NCBI GenBank assembly: GCA_963777605.1
Contig: CAVZRV010000030.1
Span: 1-64,000 of the forward strand
From: an uncultured Acidobacteriota bacterium
GTDB lineage: Bacteria; Acidobacteriota; UBA6911; RPQK01; JAPXNP01
Direction of reading: 5' to 3'
Length of the DNA stretch: 64,000 nucleotides
This document shows positions 1 to 9,837 of this stretch, one piece after another (position 1 is the stretch's first letter; the number at the start of each line of letters is the position of its first letter). The notes under the pieces are model-generated. The model was not told the origin of the DNA. It did no database searches and saw nothing but the letters and a program-made list of their open reading frames with translations. The translations under genes and the position numbers were made by a program.

Positions 1-930
1 CCCGGGTAATCGCCACCACCACGCCCTGGATCTGGAAGTCGTCGTCTTCGGTGACCGGGATGTCGTCGTGTTCCGGGTTGAGGGGGTGGAGGGTGATCTT
101 TCGGGCCCGGCGGTAGAATTTCTTCAGGGTGCTCTTCTGGTTGATCAGGGCTACGACGGTGTCGCCGTGTTTCGGGTACTTGATGTTCGAGTCGACGATG
201 ACCAGGTCCCCGTCCCGGATCTCCGGTTCCATGGAGTCTCCCATCACGCGGATGACGAATCGCCCGCCTTTGACCAGGTGGGCGAGCACCTGGATGGTGA
301 CATAGCCGTCCGGGTCCCGAAAATCGGGCGGGCTTGCCGGCACTCCGGCCCATTCGAAGTAGGGCAGTTCTTCCGTTCGGAGCTCCTGGGGCTCGTCGTG
401 CCCGACGAACTGGGGCATCTGGATGACCTGGCGCCGGCGGTCTCTCCGCCGGCTCGGGCGCCTTCCGGGACTCCGGTTCTTGCGACTCGCTCCCGGGCAG
501 CGGCCTTCTCGGCGGCCAGCTTCACGAGCGTCTCGATCGCTTCCTTCTCGGCCTCGGTCCCCTGCTCAATGATCTGTCGCAGCCGGCGGTGCAGTTCTGA
601 GCGGCCGGAGTCCTTCTGGATGAAGTCAACCAGCTCTTGTTCCTCGGGGCTGAGATTGTGGCTGCAGATCTGTTCCGGCTCGATTCCCAGCGACTTCAGG
701 TAGTGGCCGGCGGGTTTGCCGAAAAGCCAGAGCAGACCGATGAACTTCTGCAGGCTCGGCAGGTAGGCTCCCTTCTCGTACCGGGAGATGTCCGAGGGCA
801 GGACTCGAAAGAGCTCACCGCGCTCCTCGACCAGCCGCTCACAGGCCAGTCGCAGCCCCTCCCCCTTCAGACCGGAATCCTCGCGCGCTTCTTTGCAGGC
901 ATGTGCGAACTGAATCAACGTATTTTCCAC
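1..930 (-). CDS. CI/LexA-like repressor: XRE HTH plus S24 autopeptidase domain; frameshift near 445, 3' end outside the window
   Basis: HTH segment (ISRYEKGAYLPSL) in ORF 244..999. Another minus-strand frame over 1-440 reads RVMGDSMEPEIRDGDLVIVD...DTVVALINQKSTLKK...LHPLNP, i.e. the S24 Ser/Lys motifs. GTG start at 930 is inferred. Confidence 0.85.
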
Positions 931-976
931 AGAAAATGAGTATACGCGAAAGATTTGACGAATTACAGCAAAAATG

Positions 977-1006
977 TTGCGCGAGGGCCTCAATTTCATT
1001 TAGGAT
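977..1006 (+). promoter_or_regulatory. Possible sigma70-type promoter for cro (TTGCGC-N18-TAGGAT) in the AT-rich cI/cro switch region
   Basis: Partial match to -35/-10 boxes, overlapped by a CCTCA...TGAGG inverted repeat; RBS AGGAGG at 1021. Confidence 0.35.
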
Positions 1007-1032
1007 ATGAGGAAACGCGAAGGAGGAAGCAG

Positions 1033-1257
1033 ATGTTTGATATAGCGCGAATCGAGAAAGCCCGGATTATCCGGGCAATGAACAAGGGGGAGTTGGCCGA
1101 AGCCGCGGGAATCCACCCGTATACCTACACCCGGATCCTGCAGGGCGATTCAAAGAACCCGAAGACCGTCAAGGCGATCTGCGACGTGCTGGGCCTCGGA
1201 ATGGAGGAGGTCTATGTCGGCAGGGAGAACGATCGCGAAGCGGAGCGGGTGGCATGA
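1033..1257 (+). CDS. Cro-like HTH transcriptional regulator
   Basis: 74 aa with ELAEAAGIHPYTYTRIL...AICDVLG; strong RBS; divergent from the repressor. Confidence 0.85.
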   Translation: MFDIARIEKARIIRAMNKGELAEAAGIHPYTYTRILQGDSKNPKTVKAICDVLGLGMEEVYVGRENDREAERVA

Positions 1258-1460
1258 GAGTCCGGGAGGTCGACAGCGTCGCCCTGATCCGGGCGCTTCG
1301 CCGTTCGGGAAGCTACCAGCCGAGCGAACGGCTGTTGAGGGCCCGGGAGGAAGTGAAGCGGCTCCGGCAGTCTCAGGAACTGGAAATCCCGGGTCCTGAG
1401 AATCCCGGCTGCGCTTCATTGGATTTGAGCAATACACACGAAGGAGTGACCGATAGATGA
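1254..1460 (+). CDS. Small hypothetical phage protein
   Basis: ATGA overlaps couple it to both neighbours. Confidence 0.55.
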   Translation: MRVREVDSVALIRALRRSGSYQPSERLLRAREEVKRLRQSQELEIPGPENPGCASLDLSNTHEGVTDR

Positions 1461-2248
1461 GTACCGCAGAGTTGATCCGGGTGCCGAGAGACGAGAACGG
1501 GCTCGAGCGATCGAGCGTGGAGATGGGGATTCTGAAGGCGGAGACCGCCGCTACCCTGGTCCAGGGCGCCACCGAGATGGCGAAGCAGCTGGCCGGGGTG
1601 ATCGAGCAGTGCCGCCTCTACAACCACATCCAGGGACGCCGCTTCGTCCGGGTGGAAGGGTGGACGACGCTGGCCGCCATGATGGGCGTGACGGCAAGGG
1701 AAGTCGGGATCGCCGAGCAGGAGGATGGAAGTTTCGAGGCGACCGTCGAACTGGTCCGCCACAAGGACGGCCAGGTGATCAGCCGGGCCTCGGCGCTGTG
1801 CGGCGCGGACGAGCCGACCTGGGCGGGACGTCCCAAGTACGCCCGCCGTTCGATGGCGTCGACCCGGGCCACGGGCAAGGCGTGCCGCCTGGCCTTCTCC
1901 TGGGTGATGAGCCTGGCCGGCTACGAAGCGACTCCGGCCGAAGAGATGGATTCGGTCGAGGCGGAGGTCCGCCCGGCAGCCGTGAGCGAATCACCGCAAC
2001 CGGCACAACCCAGCGTCATGAGGCCGACGACCGGCGAGCGGGTCATCACCGACAAGCAGCGCAAGCGGATGTACGCGATCGCGAAACAGAACGGCTGGAC
2101 CGACGAGGGATTCCGGACCTTCCTCCGGAACCACGGCTATGACTCCTCGGCCGACGTCCGCATCGACGACTACGACGACCTCTGCGGAGAGCTCTCGGTC
2201 AGTGAAGACGGGCTTGCAGGAGCCGACCGGCCCGAGAGTTTCTGGTAG
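1457..2248 (+). CDS. Phage protein, putative single-strand annealing/recombination protein
   Basis: RBS AAGGAG; motifs EGWTT, RSMASTRATGKACR and TPAEEM, then a linker and a small C-terminal domain (ITDKQRKRMYAI), an architecture seen in phage annealase-like proteins. Confidence 0.55.
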   Translation: MSTAELIRVPRDENGLERSSVEMGILKAETAATLVQGATEMAKQLAGVIEQCRLYNHIQGRRFVRVEGWTTLAAMMGVTAREVGIAEQEDGSFEATVELVRHKDGQVISRASALCGADEPTWAGRPKYARRSMASTRATGKACRLAFSWVMSLAGYEATPAEEMDSVEAEVRPAAVSESPQPAQPSVMRPTTGERVITDKQRKRMYAIAKQNGWTDEGFRTFLRNHGYDSSADVRIDDYDDLCGELSVSEDGLAGADRPESFW

Positions 2249-2374
2249 GGATCGAAGATCGAATCCGATCCGGCTGCAGCCCCTTTGAATGAGAGGCGGC
2301 GCAAGGTAGAACAGACGGAACTGTTCAAAGCGGAAAAGACTTTCAGCGACGGAACGTAACGAGGAGGCGCTGCG

Positions 2375-2632
2375 GTGAGTGAGTACATGAACCTGGTTCA
2401 GCTTGGGAAGTATTCCGGACGGTCCCGGGAATGGCTGCGGGGTCTGATCAAGTCCGGCCGGTTGCGGGCGATCCGCTTCAAGCCGAACGGGCCCTGGATG
2501 ATCAAGCGGGAGTGGTTCGACCACTTCATCGAGTCCCAGGTGAGGGAACTGGAACGGGCCGATGCGGCACTGGATTCCGCGGCCCGGGAGAAGGTCGACG
2601 ATCTCTGGAACAGGATGGAGGCCGCATCGTGA
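2375..2632 (+). CDS. xis: Excisionase / HTH DNA-binding protein
   Basis: YMNLVQLGKYSGRSREWLRGLIKSGRLRAIR...WMI is a winged-helix xis pattern; RBS GAGGAGG; overlaps the integrase start. Confidence 0.75.
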   Translation: MSEYMNLVQLGKYSGRSREWLRGLIKSGRLRAIRFKPNGPWMIKREWFDHFIESQVRELERADAALDSAAREKVDDLWNRMEAAS

Positions 2633-3789
2633 GCGCCAAGGTCCGATGGAGAGAGGATCGTCAGTACTGGGAGGTCCTGGTCCACCACAAGGGGCAGAGA
2701 TTCAAACAGCGTTGCGACAGCGAATCGGAAGCCTGGAAGGTGGCGGACCAGATCGCAGCCAGAATCAAGGCCCAGGGCGTCGAGGGCTTCGAAACGGCCC
2801 AGAACCGCAAGCGTGAGATCGTGCGGTTCGGGCCCTACGCCGACAAGTGGCTGTCGGAGATGCGCCAGTCGAAGCGAAAGCAGACCACGGTGGATCGATA
2901 CGATTGCTGCCTCCGGATTCACCTGAAGCCGGAGTTCGAGAACAACGCCCTGGAGTATCTGACCTACCGCAGGCTCAAGGCATTCTGCATCGAGAAGTCG
3001 GCCAACCTGTCGAGGGACAGCGTCCGGTTGATCATCGCCACCTTGAGGCTGATTTTGAAGGAGGCCCTGCGGGAGGGCATCATCCCGAACAACCCGGCGT
3101 CCGGGCTCGGCGAATTTTACGGGAAGGCGACCGAGGAAGAGGTGGACCCGTTCACGAAGGACGAACTGGGTTTGATTCTGGCGCATGCGAAGCAGACGGG
3201 ATATTTCGAGTTCATCCTGACGCTGGCGCGGACGGGAATGAGGTTCGGGGAGGCCCGGGCGTTGAGATGGCAGGACATCGACTTTCAGAAGGGCCGGATC
3301 CGCGTGGCCAGGAACTGGCCGGCAAACGGCCCGATGACGTCGCCGAAGACGTCGCGATCCCGGCGGGAGGTGGACATGACTCCGCAACTGGTCGCCGCAC
3401 TGAAGGCGCTCCGGTCGCGGAGAAAGGCCGACTACCTCTCCCGCGGGAAGACGGAGATTCCGGAATTCGTGTTCCTGTCACCCGGACGGAAGGTGAAGGG
3501 CGGAGGCCGCAAAGAGGGGACCCCGATCACTTATGCGAATTTTCGACACAAGTGCTGGGACCTTCTCTTCAAGAAAGCGGAGGTTCGACCGAGAGGGATT
3601 CATCACCTGAGACACACCTACGCGACCCAGATGCTCCTGTCGGGCGCGAATGTCTTCTACGTCTCGAGGCAGCTCGGCCACAGCAAGAACACGATGACCC
3701 TGGACACGTACACCCACTGGATCCAGGAGTCGAATGCCCGGGAAGTCGATCGGCTCGATGCGGAAATTCCGGAGGTTCAGGAAAAGTGA
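2629..3789 (+). CDS. int: Tyrosine recombinase / phage integrase
   Basis: TGMRFGE...LRW, PKT, HHLRHTYAT, LGH and TYTH catalytic motifs; GTG start overlaps the xis stop. Confidence 0.95.
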   Translation: MSAKVRWREDRQYWEVLVHHKGQRFKQRCDSESEAWKVADQIAARIKAQGVEGFETAQNRKREIVRFGPYADKWLSEMRQSKRKQTTVDRYDCCLRIHLKPEFENNALEYLTYRRLKAFCIEKSANLSRDSVRLIIATLRLILKEALREGIIPNNPASGLGEFYGKATEEEVDPFTKDELGLILAHAKQTGYFEFILTLARTGMRFGEARALRWQDIDFQKGRIRVARNWPANGPMTSPKTSRSRREVDMTPQLVAALKALRSRRKADYLSRGKTEIPEFVFLSPGRKVKGGGRKEGTPITYANFRHKCWDLLFKKAEVRPRGIHHLRHTYATQMLLSGANVFYVSRQLGHSKNTMTLDTYTHWIQESNAREVDRLDAEIPEVQEK

Positions 3790-3793
3790 ACAC

Positions 3794-3822
3794 GCACCCA
3801 AATACGCACCCAGAAGCACCCA
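3794..3822 (+). repeat. Three GCACCCA direct repeats (putative integrase arm-type sites)
   Basis: Copies at 3794, 3806 and 3816, between the int stop and the tRNA 3' end. Confidence 0.6.
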
Positions 3823-3834
3823 GGGGCGGGAAAG

Positions 3835-3911
<77 letters not shown>

Positions 3912-4049
3912 ACGGCCATGATTTTAGGATATTTGGGGTTGATGCTCCAAATCGAGTTGAGCAACTGGCGTTTCGATCCGCTTCAGCGCCCTCCGGGGAA
4001 GCTGTGCCGGGCCCTACCCGCATCAATGACTGCTCCGGCGGCCTGCTCG

Positions 4050-4337
4050 CTACTTGACCCCACGAGAGCCTTGCCCAGCCAGCAGATTGTACAGCCACGC
4101 AAAGACAAGCCCGGCGATGGCGCCATCGACCAACGCGTAGAGCGTCCCCACGATAACGCGGCCGAATGAGGGGAGAGCAATGTAACCGGGATACACCGAC
4201 GCGATCACCTTCAGGAATTCTCCGCCATACCCGGGCAGCATGAGATTGCCAACCCCGACCAGAAACACTGCGGCTCCCCACAAGATCCCTGCCGCGATCG
4301 CAAAGGCCTTCACATCAAGTCGCATAACTTCCTCCAT
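4050..4337 (-). CDS. Small membrane protein (resembles a family often labelled holin-like)
   Basis: Two hydrophobic helices; AFAIAAGILWG...YPGY...DGAIAG...AWLYN. Confidence 0.7.
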   Translation of the reverse strand: MEEVMRLDVKAFAIAAGILWGAAVFLVGVGNLMLPGYGGEFLKVIASVYPGYIALPSFGRVIVGTLYALVDGAIAGLVFAWLYNLLAGQGSRGVK

Positions 4338-4891
4338 TCAAGAGCTGTCATCGGCATACAGTTCCGATTGCAGTTGTTTGGGCAACATCGGGATGATCCC
4401 ATCATTAACCGGAAATCGCCGATCACAGGCCTCGCAGACCACCCGTCCCTTCCGGCCCCCCCTGAGAGTTGAACGGATTGGTGGTCCGCGCACATGAGAC
4501 GTTTGCGGAAATCATCCCTGGCCGGTTCGGCCACTTCCTTGCGACAGCACCCTTTAATATTGCCCCCGATGGGACGGGAAAGCAAAGAGTTTTGGCTGAT
4601 GTTCAGTTTGAATTGTAAACGAGGTGCTGACTCTTTCCCGAGGTCGAAAGAGCTCTCGCTGACAGTCGGCCTTGTCGCATCGGGTCGTTCGCAGAAAGGA
4701 TGCCGGTTGCGATGCCGGCCGGGCGATCATATGATCGTTGATCATCAAGGGGGATTCCGCGTTCGCTGTGATTTGCCTGCTCGAATTTGTGAAGAATGCC
4801 GAGTCTGTCCCTACCGGATACCGATTGCCGGATCACGCCCTTTCCGAATCCGCCGCAATTGTGTGTCGCACTGTGGCATAAGGAGAATCCT

Positions 4892-6116
4892 ATGCCCACA
4901 TTTTCGATGTTCTATCGACCGCTTGTTGCGGCTGCTGCCCTTCTGATTCTTGTCCTGACGGGGTGCTCCGGGACGCGAAATCCTGAATCCGCGGTACCCG
5001 CCCGAGACCTGATCGCGGGCCGAGCCTATTACGTGGACTCTTTTGGCGGCAGTGACGACGCAGATGGACTCTCTCCCGACACAGCTTGGGGAACGCTAGA
5101 CAAGGTGAACGCCAAGATATTTGCAGCCGGCGACCGTCTTCTGTTCAAAGCCGGTGAGACCTATTCAGGTCAACTCGTTCTCGAGCCTCAACGTGGTCAT
5201 TCGGAACAACCTGATCGAGGTGGTCATTCGGAACAACCTGATCGAGGAGGTCCCGGGTGACGGAATCGTTCCAATTGCCTGTGACGGGGCGTTGGTCGAG
5301 CACAACACCATGCGCAACTGCACAAGGCTCCTCCCCGAAGGTGACGCCGCCGCCGGGATCTGGCCGTGGGCTTGTGACAACACCGTCATCCAGTTCAACG
5401 AGGTCAGCGACCACAAGGCTCCCTGGGATGCACAGGGATTCGACTCAGACTGGGATTGCCGCAACACCATCATCCAGTACAACTACAGCCATGACAACGA
5501 GGGCGGCTTCCTGCTCGTCTGCAACAACGGTGGGGCCCCGGCCAACATCGGCGTCAACGACAGTACGATCGTCCGTTACAACGTCAGCTACAATGACGGT
5601 ATTCGGCCCCGACCGACCGCCCGCAACGGTTACTTTTCACCCACGTTCCACATCAGCGGACCGGTCAAGGGCACCAAGATCTACAACAACGTCATCTACG
5701 TCCCGGAGAAGCCCAGGCCCGACGTCGACCGAACCATGATCAAGATGGACAACTGGGGCGGTCCCTGGCCCGAGGATACCTGGTTTGCCAACAACATCTT
5801 CTACGTCGTCGGGGACACCCGGTACGACTGGGGCGAGAGCCGCAACCATGTCTTCGAGCACAACCTCTACCGCGGCAACCACGTCGATGGCCCCGAGGAT
5901 GCGCACGCCATCACTGCAGACCCGCTTTTCGTCAACCCGACAGCGGCAGCCTCAGGATTCGAAACCCTGAAGGGGTTCATGCTCCGGGGCGGTTCGCCAG
6001 CCGTTCGCGCCGGCTTGCCGATCTCCAACAACGGGGGGCGAGATCTCTTCGGCAACCCACTCCCCCAGACCGTATCGCCCTGCATCGGAGTCGCCGAATT
6101 CCCGGGAACCGAGTAA
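4892..6116 (+). pseudogene. Right-handed parallel beta-helix lipoprotein (polysaccharide lyase/hydrolase-like), disrupted near 5170-5250
   Basis: RBS AAGGAG, lipobox LTGC, YYVDS..GSD...G.SPDTAW.TL..VN, then a frame change, a 27-bp duplication and GDGI/AGIW/DAQGFDSD/YNYSHDN repeats. Confidence 0.7.
5193..5246 (+). repeat. Perfect 27-bp tandem duplication (GTGGTCATTCGGAACAACCTGATCGAG x2)
   Basis: Directly visible; duplicates the peptide VVIRNNLIE. Confidence 0.95.
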
Positions 6117-6126
6117 TCCCGGGAGC

Positions 6127-7545
6127 TTAGACTTCTTCGGGGACGACGTAGGGAACCCGGTACACCGCGCTCAACAAGGCATCGGCTTCGGAGTCGTTGG
6201 CGAACCTCTCCCTTTCACCCACGAATTTCAGCTCGCGGCCGACCCGGTAGGAGATGTTGGCCAGGAGCGGCAGCGCGGAAGAGTAGAAGCCTTCCCTGAT
6301 GTCGGCGTGAAGGTCGGTCCGCTTGCCCGACCGGAGGGCATCGATGAAATTGGACCAGTGGTTGCCGTCCCAGCCGCTTCCCTGCTCCTTTGAACCGGCG
6401 AAGGGCTCGCGTTCCCGCTCCCGAAAGGCCTTCCAGGTGTTGCCGCTGATTTCCAGCCAGCCCTCCGACCCAAAGTAGAGGTTGCCGACTTCCTGGCCCT
6501 GGCTTCCTTCATTGTTGGTGTAGCGGCCCCGGGCTTCGAACTCGATCATCTTGCCGTCGTCGTACTTGAAAACGGCGATCTGGGTGTTCGGGGTTTCCTG
6601 CGACGTGCGGTCACGGCCGTAAGTTTCGACTCCGCCGTAGACCATCTTCCCCGGGGTCCTTTCATCCGGGGGGAGAGCGTCGTGGCGAAGCCCGTAAAGA
6701 CCGCCCGCAGAATAGACGGAGACTGGGTGCTCGTTTTGGTTCATGCCCCAGCGAGCCAGGTCGAGCTGGTGGGGGCCGGTGTTGCCGGTGTCACCGTTCC
6801 CGGTGTCCCAGTACCAGTGCCAGCAGTAATGGCTGCGTTTCACGTTATAGGGACGGTACGGGGCCGGACCAAGCCAGCGGTCGTAGTGGAAGGTGGCCGG
6901 AGGCAGGCTGTCCTTGGCGATGCCGTAGGAGTCACGCGCCTTGAAGCAGAGTGCGCGGGCCATGTAGATGTCTCCGATGCCGCCGTCATGGAGAAACTTG
7001 ATCGCCTCGATGACGTTCCTGGCCGAACGGTTGTTCAGCCCGACCTGAACGATGCGGTCGTACTTGCGGGCCGCGTCGATCATTTTCCGGCCTTCCCAGA
7101 TGTTGTGGGAGACCGGTTTCTCGACGTAGACATGCTTTCCAGCCTGGCAAGCCCAGACCGTCGCCAGCGCGTGCCAGTGGTTCGGCGTGACGATCGAGAC
7201 GGCATCGATCTCCTTGTCGTCCAGCACCTTGTGAAGATCCCACTCGGTGGCCGGCTGGGTCCCGGTCTTTTCCTCGACGATCTTGTACGCGGGAGCGAAG
7301 AGGGCTTCGTCGGCGTCACAGAGCGTCTTGATGACTACGTTGTGACTGTCCTTGAGGTCGCAGTAGCTCTTGATGTGTACCGTGCCCTGGTTACGGATTC
7401 CGATGACGGCCAGGTTGATGCGGTCGTTGGCTCCGATAATCGATGCGTAAGACCGGGCCGTGAAGCCCATGGTTCCTACCGCCACTCCCGCAGCTCCTGC
7501 CACGCTTGCCTTCAGAAAGTCTCTTCGTTTGGTCATTTCATTCAC
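6127..7545 (-). CDS. Tat-exported Gfo/Idh/MocA oxidoreductase
   Basis: KRRDFLK twin-arginine signal; TPNHWH and HVYVEKP motifs. Confidence 0.92.
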   Translation of the reverse strand: MNEMTKRRDFLKASVAGAAGVAVGTMGFTARSYASIIGANDRINLAVIGIRNQGTVHIKSYCDLKDSHNVVIKTLCDADEALFAPAYKIVEEKTGTQPATEWDLHKVLDDKEIDAVSIVTPNHWHALATVWACQAGKHVYVEKPVSHNIWEGRKMIDAARKYDRIVQVGLNNRSARNVIEAIKFLHDGGIGDIYMARALCFKARDSYGIAKDSLPPATFHYDRWLGPAPYRPYNVKRSHYCWHWYWDTGNGDTGNTGPHQLDLARWGMNQNEHPVSVYSAGGLYGLRHDALPPDERTPGKMVYGGVETYGRDRTSQETPNTQIAVFKYDDGKMIEFEARGRYTNNEGSQGQEVGNLYFGSEGWLEISGNTWKAFREREREPFAGSKEQGSGWDGNHWSNFIDALRSGKRTDLHADIREGFYSSALPLLANISYRVGRELKFVGERERFANDSEADALLSAVYRVPYVVPEEV

Positions 7546-7811
7546 TCTTTCCCAATGTTGGCCGGTTGAACTGATTCGCTGAAACTGGCTTCACTCGATT
7601 GGGATGCGTTGCATCGAACGAGGGAAGTGCAGTCCGGACGGTTAGCCATTGTGCCGCATTTTAGGTGCAATTCTCCAGCTATTTCACGTGGTCGGCACCG
7701 AGTCCAGGTGTCTCGATGTGCGATCACTGAGATGTCCGGAGACACAATTACGTCCCAGACCTAGGTAAAAACCCTGTCCTCATGGACACTTGCGCGCCGG
7801 ATTGGTGCGTG

Positions 7812-9425
7812 TCACCGATTTTCTGGCTCGGTCGTGAGGGGCTGGGAGGCGAGGCGGTCCAGGGGGACAGGTTCGACCTCGAAGAGTTCGGGGGTGGTGG
7901 CGAAGTACTTGTGGGCCCCGGTCAGGTGGACACCCGTCTCGGACGGCAACCCGGTGGCGAGGAGCTTCCGCGCGATCTTGATGTACTCGTCGTGGATCAT
8001 CGCCGAGAATCGTTCCGGATTGCGACCGCTCTCGGGGATTTCCCGAAAGTGGAAGTAATCAACTGCGCTGTGCGGCGCCTTCAGGATCAAGACCGGCTTC
8101 TTCTCGTCGTCTTCCTCCAGCCGACCCCGGATCGTCGCCTGAAAGAACATCGGGGAAAGGTCTTCGTGGGTGATGTTCCAGTAGCGCTCATAAGGCTGGT
8201 GCGCGAAGAAGTCGATGCGGTCTTCCTCGTTTACGCCCATCGCGAAAATGCTTCCGGGGAAATCGGATTCGGACCGTGCGAAGTCGTGAAGGATCAGCTC
8301 ACCGCACATCTCCTGCTCCTCGACCGCCGGTGCAGCCTTCCAGTCGGCAGACACCGGAGGAGCGACGATGCTGTCAACCTCCGAAGAAACCGCCGCCGCT
8401 GAGAGGCTGACCGTGATGGGTGGCGCCGGAATGTGGATGTCGCCTGCGGCCTTTTGCGGCCCGGGACCGGAGGCTTCCTTCAGGTATGGAAGGCTGATCT
8501 TGAGCGTTGTTCCCTTGTCGATCTCACTCTCAATTGAAAGGTCGCCTTTGAGGTCGATCACGGTCTGGCGAACGAAGACGAATCCAAGCGAGTGGAGTTC
8601 ACCGTCGAGGGTCTTCTTGTCGGTCAGCAGTTGTTTGATCTTCTCGGGAGTCATGCCGGTGCCGTTGTCACTGACCCGAAGTATGACCTGGTCTCCCTCG
8701 ACCACGTCACTGATGTTCAGGATGCCCAGCTTGAGGTGCCCCATGGCATCGACCGCGTTCATGACGAGATTGAAGAACATGCGGCGAAAACGGTGTCGAT
8801 TCCCCTCGACGATTGCCGAGTCGAGCCTTTCAAGCTGGGGCTCCACGCGGCCCCCACTCTTTTCAGTGACGTAGCCGTAAACCACGTTCCGGGTGAAATC
8901 CTCGATATCTTCGGCGATGTCGAAACGCTCAACCACGTCGCGGTGCTGCTGTTCGTCGAGGAAGTGCTCGATTCGGGTCCGGACTTCGGCAATGAACCGA
9001 AGGCAGTTCCGGTAGTGGCTGCGTGACCGTACGCTTCTGCTATCGTCCGGCAAAAAGGACAACACGCTTTCGATCCTCCCCCAGAGAGGGTTGAGGATCA
9101 GCTCACAGATGTCCAGAATCGCCTGGACGTAAGCCTTCCCTGCGACGAATACCGTTTTGTCCGGGGAAAAACTCTTGACCGCGTTGGAATAGGTCCCGTA
9201 GGCCTTGCGGAGATTGACCGCCTTGGTCTTCAGGTCCTGCAAATCTTCCCCATGCAGTACCTGGGCCTGGTTGATGCCGAAAATCTCCAGATCGGTGTTG
9301 AGCGTGACGTGAAAATGAATCACTTCGTTAATGAACCGCTCAACGCGCAGATCATGGATCAGGAACTTGATTTCGGCAACTTCCTTCTTGATGCCTTCCT
9401 TGTAGTCAATCATCGGCTGAACCAA
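7812..9425 (-). CDS. Soluble HATPase_c (histidine-kinase-like ATPase) protein with uncharacterised flanking domains
   Basis: N box NLVMNAVDAM, G1 DNGTGM, LGF and GTT; no transmembrane segment. Confidence 0.8.
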   Translation of the reverse strand: MVQPMIDYKEGIKKEVAEIKFLIHDLRVERFINEVIHFHVTLNTDLEIFGINQAQVLHGEDLQDLKTKAVNLRKAYGTYSNAVKSFSPDKTVFVAGKAYVQAILDICELILNPLWGRIESVLSFLPDDSRSVRSRSHYRNCLRFIAEVRTRIEHFLDEQQHRDVVERFDIAEDIEDFTRNVVYGYVTEKSGGRVEPQLERLDSAIVEGNRHRFRRMFFNLVMNAVDAMGHLKLGILNISDVVEGDQVILRVSDNGTGMTPEKIKQLLTDKKTLDGELHSLGFVFVRQTVIDLKGDLSIESEIDKGTTLKISLPYLKEASGPGPQKAAGDIHIPAPPITVSLSAAAVSSEVDSIVAPPVSADWKAAPAVEEQEMCGELILHDFARSESDFPGSIFAMGVNEEDRIDFFAHQPYERYWNITHEDLSPMFFQATIRGRLEEDDEKKPVLILKAPHSAVDYFHFREIPESGRNPERFSAMIHDEYIKIARKLLATGLPSETGVHLTGAHKYFATTPELFEVEPVPLDRLASQPLTTEPENR

Positions 9426-9837
9426 GCTGCAATTTGCGTCGAGTCAGTGAGTTGCTCGACGTGAGTCGAATTATAGCGCCGTCTTGCCGGATGGAGAATC
9501 TCCAACAATGATCCCTGTGGACATGGCCTGCCTTGGCTGGAACAGCACCCCGCTCCGATCGTCCTCTGATCCGACTCAACATTCCCGTCAAGACCGTGGC
9601 GGTCGAGACCTTGTCTGCCCGGGGACGCATTTCCCGGTTCAGTGTAACCAAATCTCGAATTGCTTAACAGTCGAGCGGACTTGATTTCCGGTTTCCAGGC
9701 GCCCCCTCCCCTACCGAATGCCGGTTGGGTAGAATTGAGTCGCAGTCTGGAAACGGCTCGGGATTCTTCGCGAGGCCGTTTCGGGCGGATGCCGGCGGCC
9801 TGAGTTGTAAGGCCGGGTAACTCCAGGAGGGTTCGTT

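Noticed and set aside
2246-2359. Open frame continuing 36 codons past the TAG of the annealase-like gene (amber readthrough/pyrrolysine)
   Set aside because: Such a short open run is expected by chance at this GC content; no motif spans the stop and no pyl genes are seen.
4050-4337. Holin-like gene as the prophage lysis module
   Set aside because: It lies on the host side of the tRNA/att site and has no endolysin next to it.
4340-4890. Intergenic stretch as an ncRNA or riboswitch
   Set aside because: No recognisable conserved motif or convincing structure by eye; an Rfam search would be needed.
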